59,732 nt of DNA from Octopus sinensis. Lineage: Eukaryota. Under the pieces are notes generated by a model that worked only from the letters and a program-made list of their open reading frames with translations, was not told the origin of the DNA and ran no database searches. Below are positions 9,668 to 21,140 of the stretch, piece after piece. The DNA is taken from positions 1 through 59,732 of the forward strand of contig NW_021832980.1 of the NCBI RefSeq assembly GCF_006345805.1, in the 5' to 3' direction. Every line of letters begins with the position of its first letter. The stretch's first letter is position 1. The translations under genes and the position numbers were made by a program.

Positions 9668-12600
9668 ATGAAATCTGCCAACTGCAAGCTTTCTTTTCAG
9701 GTACATGACACGACTGTCCCTCATCCCAGGGTCTCAGAGGCCTACACCTCCCACACTCTCAGAGTTGGCACACTCAATGTTGGCACATTGAAAGGTAGGT
9801 CTGGAGAGATTGTAGAGCTGCTTGAACGGAGACGTGTGGATGTATGTTGTATCCAGGAAGTAAGGTGGAGAGGAGGTTCCGCTAGGCTCCTCACAGGCAA
9901 GGAACACAGGTACAAGATTTTCTGGGCAGGGAACACTGACGGGGTCGGGGGAGTGGGTATACTTCTTGCAGAGAAATGGGTGGGTAAGGTAATCGAGGTA
10001 GTCAGAGTAAGTGACAGAGTAATTAAAATTAGATTAGTCCTTCACCACAGGTCAGCTACCATCATCTCGGCGTATGCCCCTCAACCAGGACTACCAGAAG
10101 GACAAAAAGACCAATTCTATGACACCCTATTGCGGACTACCTCGTTGACAAATGACAGTGACCTTCTCTTCGTGGCAGGTGATTTCAATGGACATGTCGG
10201 AGGCTTCCATGGCGTCCATGGAGGCTACGGTTTTGGCTCTCGAAATGAGGAGGGAACCAGGCTGCTGGAGTTCTGCGATGCAAATGACCTTATGGTCTGC
10301 AATACCAACTTCAGGAAACCCACCTCTCACCTAGTCACCTACCGTTCTGGCAGACACACCAGCCAGATTGACTACATCCTTGCCAGAAAAAGGGAAAGAG
10401 GGCTGCTTATAAATGCCAAAACCTTTCCAGGCGAAGAATGTACTCCTCAACATAGATTAGTAGTTAGCGACTTAAGGATCAGAGCTAAATGGTTGCCCAG
10501 AAGAAGACCTGCTTGGAGGAGAAGGGTCTGGAAGCTTAAAAATCCTGCAAATGGACAGAGATTTAGAGACATACTACTCGAAGCCTTTGACGAAATAGAA
10601 GGGGATATAGCTTAACTTAATGTGGAAGGCAACTGGAGATTTCTACGGGACAATCTGCTGACAGCCACTGACCAGATCTATGGATGGAGCAAAGTACCAT
10701 CTCGACCCAGAGTAACATGGTGGTGGAACTCTGTGGTTGACAGGGCTATTAGACAAAAGAGACAGGCTTGGAAGGACTGGAGGAACGGTGGTAGCAGGGA
10801 ATTGTATCAGACAGCCAGAAGGGAAGCTAGGAGACAGGTTTATTTAGCCAGAGGGGAAGCGGATAAGAAAAAATTTGCCAATGTTCTGAGCCGTGAGGAT
10901 GAAAGACTTGAGGTATTTCGTGTTGCAAGACAGTGTGTGAGAGAGAATCGTGATGTGGTAGGAGAGAAGTGTGTTCGCATGGATGATGGTTCACTTGCGC
11001 TAAATGAGGATGCAAAGAGAGAGGTTTGGAGATGCCACTATGAAAGGTTGCTAAATAAAGAAAATGAATGGGATAAAGAGAGTCTGCCGAATGTTGACCA
11101 ACAGAGGGACCAGCTATCCGAGTTGATAGTTCCGTGGTAGCTAAGGCAATTAGAAGCATGAAGACAGGGAAAGCCCCAGGCCCATCAGGAATTACTGCAG
11201 AGATGCTCAAAATATCTGGCAGTGTCGGCTATAACCTAGTCACCCGTATAGTCAACCAGGTGATACATGAAGGAGTCATACCCAATGACTGGTGTAGCAG
11301 CATACTAGTCATCTGCTACAAAGGTAAAGGTGATGCCCTAGATACAAATAATTACAGAGGTATCAAGCTGTTGGATCAAGTAATGAAGGTTACGGAGAGG
11401 GTCATAGCCCAACTAATTAGAGAGAGAGTTAGTTTGGATGAGATGCAGTTTGGGTTCGTGCAAGGGAAAAGTACCACGGATGCTATATTCCTGGTAAGGC
11501 AGCTGCAGGAGAAATACCTAGCCAAAGATAAGCCCCTGTACCTGGCTTTTGTTGACATGGAGAAAGCTTTTGATAGGGTCCCCCGATCCCTTATCTGGTG
11601 GTCAATGAGGAAACTAGGGATAGATGAATGGCTGGTGAGGACTGTGCAAGCCATGTACAGAGATGCCGTAAGTAAGGTTAGGGTTAGCAACATGTACACA
11701 GAAGAATTCAAAGTAGAGGTTGGGGTCCACCAGGGTTCAGTACTCAGCCCCCTCCTATTTATCATAGTCCTACAGGCAATTACGGAGGAATTTAAGACAG
11801 GTTGTCCCTGGGAGCTCCTCTATGCTGACGACCTTGCTCTTATTGCTGAGTCACTATCAGAGCTGGAGGAGAAGTTCCAGGTGTGGAAGGAGGGTTTAGA
11901 ATCGAGGGGCCTTAGAGTCAACCTAGCTAAAACCAAAGTACTAATAAGTAGGAAGATAGACAATCCACAAATGTCTTCAGGAAGATGGCCCTGCTCGATC
12001 TGTAGAAAAGGTGTAGGTAGAAACTCTATAAGATGTACCCAGTGTAAGCTATGGACACATAAGAGGTGCAGCAATGTCAAAGGTAGGCTAACTGGGAAGA
12101 TAGTTTTTGTATGTGGCAGATGCTCAGGAGCATTAACCTCCGAAAATCTGCAGAAAATAACTTCAGTCACTTTCCAAGGGGAAAAACTAGAAGTAGTTGA
12201 TAGCTTCCGTTATCTAGGCGACCAAGTCAGTAGTGGGGGTGGGTGCGCTGAAAGTGTAACTGCTAGAATAAGAATAGCCTGGGCAAAGTTTAGGGAGCTC
12301 TTACCTCTGCTGGTGACTAAAGGCCTCTCGCTCAGAGTAAAAGGCAGACTGTATGATGCGTGTGTACGAACAGCCATGCTACATGGCAGTGAAACATGGG
12401 CCGTGACTGCCGAGGACATGCGTAAGCTCGTGAGGAATGAAGCCAGTATGCTCCGATGGATGTGTAATGTCAGTGTACATACTCGACAGAGCGTTAGCAC
12501 CTTGAGAGAAATGTTGTACCTAAGAGGCATCAGTTGTGGTGTGCAAGAGAGACGATTGCGCTGGTATGGTCATGTGGCGAGAATGGATGAAGATAGGTGT

Positions 12601-12777
12601 GTGAGAAAGTGCCAATCCTTAGCAGTTGAGGGAACCCGTGGAAGAGGTAGACCCAGGAAAACCTGGGACGAGGTGGTGAAGCACGACCTTCGAACTTTAG
12701 GCCTCACTGAGGAAATGACCAGCGACCGAGACCTTTGGAAATATTCTGTACGTGAGAAGACCAGGCAGGACAAGTGA
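9668..12777 (+). pseudogene. RTE polyprotein (APE endonuclease, RT, PHD finger) interrupted by TAA at 10613-10615 and a 1-nt deletion near 11098
   Basis: GTLNVGTL, CCIQEVRW, GDFNGHVG, SQIDYIL, PQHRLVV; KAPGPSG, QFGFVQGKST, FVDMEKAFDRV, GVHQGSVLSPLLF, LYADDL, FRYLG, RRLRWYGHV, RGRGRPRKTW. Confidence 0.95.
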
Positions 12778-12860
12778 GCCCAGCCCACTTATGAATGCCT
12801 TTCCTCCCTTGGACACAAAGACCTGTTGGGGCAAGCGAAGTCGATATAGAACCTCATCTG

Positions 12861-13456
12861 ACGACAGGCACCCATGCCAACCCCCCTTTGCTTGCGAAGA
12901 CATGTTGGGGCAAGCGAAATCGAAATCGAAGTCAAAATCGAATTGAACCAGCCAGGATCCCTGGTCTGGTGGTACGTAAAAAGCACTATCCGACTCGTGG
13001 CCGATGCCAGCGCCGCCTCCACTGGCTTCCGTGCCGGTGGCACGTAAAATACACCAATCTGACCATACGACAGGCACCCATGCCAACCCCCTTGCTTGCG
13101 AAGACATGTTGGGGCAAGCGAAATCAAATTGAACCAGCCAGGTTCCCTGGTCTGGTGGTACGTAAAAAGCACTATCCGACTCGTGGCCGATGCCAGCGCC
13201 GCCTCCACTGGCTTCCGTGCCGGTGGCACGTAAAATACACCAATCTGACCGTACAACAGGCACCCATGCCAACCCCCTTGCTTGCGAAGACATGTTGGGG
13301 CAAGCGAAATTGAAATCGAAATCGAAATCGAATTGAACCAGCCAGGATCCCTGGTCTGGTGGTACGTAAAAAGCACCATCCGCCTCGTGGCCGATGCCAG
13401 CGCCGCCTCCACTGGCTTCCGTGCCGGTGGCACATAAAATACACCAATCCGACCGT
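12861..13456 (+). repeat. Three tandem ~186-206-bp units in the RTE 3' UTR
   Basis: Units start at 12861, 13067, 13253 (ac.acaggcacccatgcc); length differences come from variable (GAAATC)n. Confidence 0.92.
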
Positions 13457-13672
13457 GGCCGTTGCCAGCCTCGCCTGGCACCTGTGCAGGTGGCACGTAA
13501 AAAGCACCCACTACACTCACGGAGTGGTTGGCGTTAGGAAGGGCATCCAGCTGTAGAAACACTGCCAGATAAGACTGGAGCCTGGTGCAGCCTTCTGGCT
13601 TCCCAGATCCCCGGTTGAACTGTCCAACCCATGCTAGCATGGAGAACGGACGTTAAACGATGATGATGATGA

Positions 13673-13716
<44 letters not shown>

Positions 13717-13821
13717 GCACACACACACACACATCTCTCTCTCTCTCTCTATATATATATATCCATATATATATAGGTGGATATATATATATCTACACAC
13801 ACACACACACACACATATATA

Positions 13822-14723
13822 CCAGGTGACATGCTGGTAATTCCCGGGAAAGCGGGTTTATTCCTTGGTTCCATTCTCATAATTGTTTCGTTAATCCAGT
13901 AACAATACAAAGTATGTAGCTCTTAAAATGCTTATTGTGTATTTATTGAGAATCCTGAACTGTCTTACAAAGGATCTTTTTTTTAGGAAGTTTCAATAAA
14001 TTATGAATACCCAAATTGTGAAGTCAGTTATGTAATAACATGAAATTAATTATCCTATAGTAAGAATTCAAATAAGGTAGCCCTGAAAAGGGCTTTAATA
14101 TATTCCCAGATTATATAGAACATAGGAAGAAATGCTAATAAGGTATGTATACTAAAATTGTGATATATGTTATGTAATAACAGGCTAATCAGATACGAGA
14201 TAATAATAATTCAAAGTAATTAACTGTGAAAAAAGCTTTCGTGTGTTCCCAGAGAATATTTGGTACATTTGTGAATAAGTTACTAACCGATATAAGTGGA
14301 TCTATTGTTTAGGAGAATACTATTAACTTGTTTAAGCCTTGTACTGGACAAATTGGGAAAATACCTAAAATAGTTCAAATAATAAGAAATAAATATATTA
14401 AATTTCATTTTTACCAAATAATTTACGGAGGGGAAATGGGTTAATTCCCTTGGAACCTTAAAAACCCCTAATTTATGAAGGAGGGAATGGGTTATTTCCC
14501 TTGGAAGCTTAAGCTAATTACACCTGCCATTCAACCACACCCAAATGTTATTCTTCTCACCGTTTACTAAACATTTTTTTGAAATCAATTTATACTTATA
14601 ACCTCCCCAGACACATAAGCAATCTGCATGTGAAGTATAAGAAAAATAGGTTGAGCCGTTTTGGCACAAAATGAGGACATAAGGATACACACACACAGAC
14701 ATTTTCAGTTTTAATAAGTAAGA
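13822..14723 (-). mobile_element. Non-autonomous Helitron-like element (902 bp)
   Basis: Minus strand 5' a|TC, 3' CTGG|t (CTRR), hairpin cccg-ggaaag-cggg about 20 nt from the 3' end, duplicated caagggaa.taaccc motif shared with 52702-53919. Confidence 0.65.
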
Positions 14724-15003
14724 TATATGTATGTATATATATACATATATATATATATATGTATATGTATATATATAATGCATATATATATGTGTGTGTG
14801 TATATATATGTGTGTGTGTGTGTATCATCATCGTTTAATGTCCACTTTCCGGTGTATATATATGTGTGTGTATATGTGTGTGTGTTTGTGTATATACCAT
14901 ATTATATTATAATTATTAGGGAATATTACTTCCAAGTACACAGGAAAAAGACATTCAAATTAGATGTACTAAAATGAACATCTCTCAATGTTTAATTTGT
15001 ATA

Positions 15004-15336
15004 TATAAAAGTAATTTTAGAGACAGATATGAGGTATTTAGTTTCAATACTGGCTTGGGTCGACATTCTCTCAATCTTCAGGTCTGGATTCCTCAACATT
15101 TTTCCCTATCTCTTATATACTTCCATGATACTCTATATCTTCTATATAATCTTACTTAACATGTACAAATCAATAGATATACAAATAATAAATAGAAATA
15201 ATAACTGAATATTAAAAATTTAAGGAGTAAAAATTTAAGAAATAAAAACTCAAGGAAAAAACATTTAAGGAATAAAGAATTGTGAATAAATAAATACGAA
15301 ATAAAAATGAAATAATCATGAAACAATGAAATAATG
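15004..15336 (-). repeat. Left arm of an inverted repeat (partner 17046-17556), probably Penelope-like pseudo-LTR sequence
   Basis: e.g. caacatttttccctatctcttatatacttccatgatact vs agtatcatggaagtatataagagatagggaaaaatgttg. Confidence 0.85.
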
Positions 15337-16932
15337 AAATAAAAATAGAGACAAAAATAAAATGAATGTTAACTTATTTTTTCTTTCCTTGGCGACGATT
15401 AGACAACGCTACATCTTGCAAATAAGGTAAAATTCGTGCTTGATAATACCTATGTATAAGAGGTACTACAAATAAGTGTCAGAAAGTTCTACTGGTGTAT
15501 CTATTCCTTTATAGAGTATTGTCAGGGGAACCGGAAATGAATGCATCATGGGAACAAGCCACTTTTATCTTTTTTTTAATTTATTCAATCTATGTATTAT
15601 CACAAATAACCAATCTAGTAAGTTTCTTTAGACTCTCAATTCGAATATTTTGGGATACATAAGAGTTACGTTTTATATCATTTAAAATCTATTAGTTATA
15701 TTATTATTCTTAAATATTTAAAGTAACATTTAAACTAAATTTCAAAATTTAAGTTTAAAGATTTCAATTACAATTGTGTAACATATGACTAACAATTAAA
15801 TAAAAAATCTAAAGCATTGTTAATTAACCAATTAATATTATGTATTTTTGTATGGCTAAGTGCTACTTTCTAGTAATAATGAGTAGTATATAATCATAAT
15901 TATTATTGTAATATTATCTAAAAAAAACATGACTGAGTTTTCATACTTTTAAGATAAAGTTTATTTTATATACTAAAGAATCTAATCATTACCCATCTTA
16001 TTAATTAAGCAGTTTATCCTATGTTTGCATTTAAATTTTCGTTCATCCTGGGATTGAACAATATTGTTTTGGCTTTTAAGATTTCGATGAATTTGTGAGT
16101 ACACAACAGACAGAACTTATTCCCTATTCTATATGATTTGGCCTTACATATTATCTCCCATTTTAATTTCTAGTTAATTTCTTTGGATTTTAAATCCCAA
16201 ATATATTTACTTAAGCCTGTCGAATTCATTAATTTTTTATTTTTAAAGGAATTCAAATGCTGCGCTATCCTTTGTTTAATTTTATTAGATGTAGAACCAA
16301 TATATGTCGTTTATGAATTTTCGCCATCATTTCTATTACTATTATTATTATTACTACCTTCTCTTTGACCATTATTATCTTTGTTTAAAGACACCACACA
16401 TTTATATACTACGTCCTTTAAGTTACAATTATTATTATTATTATTATTACAATTATTTTTGTCCCTACAATTACAACTTATTGAATTATTCCCATTATTA
16501 TTGGGATTATTATTTATTTTATTGAAATAAAATTTATTCAGTCTATATCTATTTAATGCTGATATAATATTACCTACATTGCTAGTAGTTGAGTATCCTG
16601 CTCCTATGTTATTTTTAGAAAAAATAATACCATATTTTTTATTTTCGATAGTAAATAATTCTATTATTTTAATAATTTCATTTATAATACTATTTTTAAC
16701 CTGGGCAGATTTTTTTATTATTATTATTTATGTTTATGTTACTAGTTTTCATGTACTTGTTAACATTATGGTCATTATTACCATTATTATTTATAGGTTG
16801 ATCTGAGTTTAAGCTACCATTTCGTCTTATATATTTCTTTGTATTTATGTTTTTATTTTTTTATTCTTTGAGTTTATTGTGTGCTATCTGTGCTCGATAA
16901 TATTTCGATATTTTTCTCTATTAGAGTTATTA

Positions 16933-16967
<35 letters not shown>

Positions 16968-17045
16968 TTTGTTCTTATTTTTATTTATAAATTTATTTAA
17001 GTTTCTATTGTTATCTATATGGGTGATATTAGGGTCTTTAGCGTT

Positions 17046-17556
17046 ATTATTTCATTGTTTCATTATCATTTCAATTTTATTTCGTATTTGTTTATTCACA
17101 ATTGTTTATTCCTTAAATGTTTATTCCTTGAGTTTTTATTCCTTAAATTTTTTATTTTATTTTTTATTCCTTAAACTTTTACTCCTTAAATTTTTAATAT
17201 TCAGTTATTGTTTTTATTTATTATTTGTATTTCTATTCATTTGTACATGTTAAGATTATATTGAAGATATAAAGTATCATGGAAGTATATAAGAGATAGG
17301 GAAAAATGTTGAGGAATCCAGACCTAAAGATTGGGAGTATGTCGACCCGAGCAAGTATTGAAACTAGATACCTCGTATCTAATCAAAACCGACGTACTTT
17401 CATGAAACGTGTAGTTTTATAAACGGAAAATACAGGATTCAGAATAGATATAGTTAGTATAAGATTTAATTTTTAACATTTTATGGAGTGGTGGGTATAA
17501 AACCTTTCAGTGTTGATTGAGTTGAAGGTGGTTCTGTCTCTAAAATTACTTTTATA
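17046..17556 (+). repeat. Right arm of the inverted repeat, with ~150 bp (17386-17532) missing from the left arm
   Basis: Reverse complement of 15004-15336; ends in (TA)n. Confidence 0.85.
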
Positions 17557-17605
17557 TATATATATGTGTGTGTGTATGTATATATATATATATAATATAT
17601 ATATA

Positions 17606-17653
<48 letters not shown>

Positions 17654-17744
17654 TATAGAGAGAAAGAGAGAGAGGGGTAAGCAGAGTTAGCAGTTGGAAT
17701 AACTGTCAAAGGGATAAGAATATTTGTTCTTACTACTGGTGTGA

Positions 17745-18970
17745 TTTAGCTATGTTATCCTTGGGCTTGGGTATGCAAGCACATCTCTCTTCTAATGAGG
17801 ACTTATTTAATAGTCATAAAGATAAGTATGATAAGGCACTTAAAGATGCAGGCTACAGAAGTAGAATTAAATATATCCCACATGCGAATGCAACAAACAG
17901 AAATAATATTGACAACATTAACTGCAATAATACAGAACATAAAAATGCACCTAAACTAAATAATAAAGCACAGAAAACTATAGCTCAAGACACTTACAGG
18001 ATCAGAATTAGCAATACTAGGAAGAACTATAATAATAACACAAATACAACAGGTGGAATAGTGAGAGCAACTAGACAAGGGATGTATGATGCCAATAAAC
18101 CCACTAATCACGAAGACCACAGTAACAACTCAAAATATTACCTGCGGAAACCGATTCCTAGCACCATTAATGCACATAGCCTAGATAATAAAACTAATGA
18201 TAATAAACATATACGCCAGACGTAACACTATAACAGCTATAATCATGTGTCATTTGGCAAGATTACCAGTAAATCGAGAGACTTTAACTGGCTCATACTC
18301 CCATATGTGATGCAAATAAGGACGGACTTAGCTAAGCTAATATTTAACATTATAAATAAATACTTTCATAAGAATAGCAGGTATTCAAAACTTAATAATA
18401 GTAGAGTAATAAAGATAGGTTATAGTCTCACGCATAACTTAGCCAGTATCATTTCCTCCCTGAATAATAAAAAACTAGACGCTTTCTATTTAAGTAGAAA
18501 CAACAATAACGACAGCAGTAATAGTAAGAATATAAGCAATAAACCCCATAACCACCCCTATTTTAGTAAAGGGAACACTCAGAACCATAATAACCCTATT
18601 AATCTTAACTGACCTAGCACTATCCCACCAGAAAATAATGCCCCCTCAGTACTATCCATAATTGTGCCCTTGGAAATACCTGTAAAAATAAGGATGCAAT
18701 TTACCAGTGCACAGTCACAACACAGTTTAGTAAAAGTATATACATAGGAGCTCCCTAAAATGAAATGAAATGTAGACTAGCCACACACCAACACTCTTTC
18801 AGAAATAGAGATAAGATTAACTTGACCGGATTAAATAAATAATTTGGGAACTCAAAGATGCGGATACTAGTTTCACATTAGAATGGAAAATCCTTGCCGC
18901 CACACATTTGTACAATGCAAAAAACAGGAAATGCTATCTTTGCATCAATGAAATTTTTTTTCAAACTAGC
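17745..18970 (+). pseudogene. Penelope-like element: RT thumb, linker and GIY-YIG remnant, 5'-truncated
   Basis: LSSNEDLFNSHKDKYDKALKDAGY; NWLILPY...IINKYFHKNSRYSKL..IKIGYS; CALGNTCKNKDAIYQCTV...YIG...LEWKIL...CYLCINE. Confidence 0.8.
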
Positions 18971-20899
18971 AGCACAACACCCATTACTTGAGGGAAGAGA
19001 GAAACATAGCCTGCTTGCACAAGGGGAGGTTTACCTTCACTAAATATAAATAACATTAGAAACCCTTGCACCATCCCCCAAAATAGCACCAAGAGCCCCT
19101 CACCACAGAAATAGTAGCCCTTGATATTAAAGGAAGGCATATATAAACTACTAAATTAAAGCTAGTTTAATAGTATTACATATCTGGGTCCCTTACGGGT
19201 GTTCCAACAACAATACTCCTATCCCTTCACCAACATATCCAAGTTTAAATCCCACCCTCATGCATAACTAACTACTTCATATACTTATTAAGCAATTTCT
19301 CCTTAATATCACCTACTCACCCCCTTTAGCAAATGCTTGCTCTCTCTATCATGAACCTAATTTTGAATAAAGAGGGCATTGGTACTTAACCCCAATGTTA
19401 AAATCCCCTGGCAACTAATTTTACTTTTTTGTACCTTTTATGCCATGGGTGAGTTTGTTTGTACTAGTTTCAATCTGAACTTAATCTTTTCAATCAGCAT
19501 ACTGGTCTACCTCCACTTATAATGGACCCTATTAGTCCTACCCGCTTAGAAACAATACAACCCCACTATAGAACATAACTTAAATTTAGTAACTTAATAT
19601 TAACTGATCCCCTCTCTAGATGGTATAGGCCACTGTAGTAGATAACTTCCTATGAGATATTGTTACCTTTAGGCTTATTGTACATGAATGGAAGTGAAAT
19701 TTTGTGGTAACCCAGTATGGCTACACCTATGTAAAGGTTAATATAACAATAAGTTTTGTAATATGAACAATCTAATTTTAATTATAATATATACTAAGTA
19801 AGATTTAGTAAAATGTTGTAGGACCTGGTGTTTGTAACCATGTTAGTAATTATCAAGTGATTTAGCTTGTAATCGCTTAACTGTTTGGGGTTTTTGTACT
19901 TTTTCCCTCTCGTATGTCTAAGTGACAGAATGCACTCAAGAACGTGTAGACATTTACTTCTTCATCTAGTATTACCACTACTTGGAAGTATGCTGGCTAT
20001 TTAAGATACTAGATTTAGCATTATATTTCGAAGGCAATTTCCACTAGTATTCACTTCCCTATCAGTAGACTGTAAAAGAGTTTATAGCCATATTGGTAGC
20101 TAGTACTTATCTTATTTTCATTTTTTATTTTTATTTTATTTTATGTTGAGATGGTGTGGAAGGGCATAAGCAGCCTTGTGCCACTTATGACATAGTCTTC
20201 TCCTCCACACTGGTTCATTTTCGTTTTTATTTACATCTACCCCTGTAATGGTCTTAACTTGCTCTTGGTTTAAGTATAACTGACCAGTTGTAGAGATGGC
20301 TGGACTTTAGTCAATTCCATTACAGACAACAGGTCTCTAGACTATTTCAGTAAGTACACCATTATAAGGACTCTACAGGTTTGGTTTGGGATAATTATCA
20401 ATTTGCTCTAATTATGAAATCATAAGTACTATTCTTTTTCTAGACATATTGGCATTTCCTGTTTTACTTTAGCACTAGTTTTATCCTACTACACCCTGGT
20501 ACCCCTACATAAAGAGATAACTCATAAATTATTTCTGTAGCTCATTTGCTAGTTCACTCTTTTGCCTATCGACTTCAAGCTTCACACTGCAAAATGCTAT
20601 GATTCTAATATATTGAGCCTTCTGGCCTCATCTCAAGGCCCTGTTCTTTCCTCTTCCCTTCGTTTATTTTATTTTATGTATTTGTATTCACTCTGATGAA
20701 GCTCCATGTACTAGATTGAATGTGCTAAAAATATGGCGAATATTATTTTTGGAGTTTTCTCTGTAAGCACTGATTGACATTGGCAGCCGAAGTGGCCGTA
20801 AGAAATGTTATGTTATGTTTTGTATTAAAAAGTAATTAATCGATGTTGGTCAATTTGTTTGTTTGTTGATCAAAAGTTTTCACGATTTTCTGCTTATTT

Positions 20900-21080
20900 A
20901 AATTTACATATATATTATTTTCTCTCTCTGCTTATTTCTGTGCCCCCTTCTGTTAAAGAGCATAGGCTTGAAACATAAAAGACTTTCTCACTTCCCGAGC
21001 GTTAAACTAATACGTCTGTTTGTTGTTTACACATCCGTCTTTGTCTTTTGTTTTGTTCTTTTGTAAATTCCAACTATATA
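20900..21080 (+). repeat. Penelope-type terminal repeat with degenerate hammerhead-like motif
   Basis: ctgttaa-agagc-atag-gctt-gaaac at 20950-20974, then T-rich tail into (TA)n; same layout as 52470-52660. Confidence 0.45.
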
Positions 21081-21094
21081 TATATATGAGAGAG

Positions 21095-21139
<45 letters not shown>

Positions 21140-21140
<1 letters not shown>

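Larger units (their letters stand above)
9414..13677 (+). mobile_element. RTE-clade LINE, near full length, with (GAT)n tail
   Basis: APE endonuclease plus RT ORF, tandemly expanded 3' UTR, ends ...cggacgttaaac(gat)n; 5' boundary approximate. Confidence 0.92.

Noticed and set aside
12990-13045. HDV-like ribozyme in the RTE 3' UTR (gcc-gcctccact-ggc resembles P3/L3)
   Set aside because: No P1 or P2 partners could be drawn in the required nested order.
12697-13640. Minus-strand ORFs of 198 and 283 aa
   Set aside because: Antisense readings of the GC-rich tandem RTE 3' UTR; the repeated peptides mirror the DNA repeats.
16879-17253. Hydrophobic multi-TM-like ORFs at 16.2-17.3 kb
   Set aside because: By-products of T-rich and (TTA)n sequence (F/L/I/Y codons); no splice or homology support.
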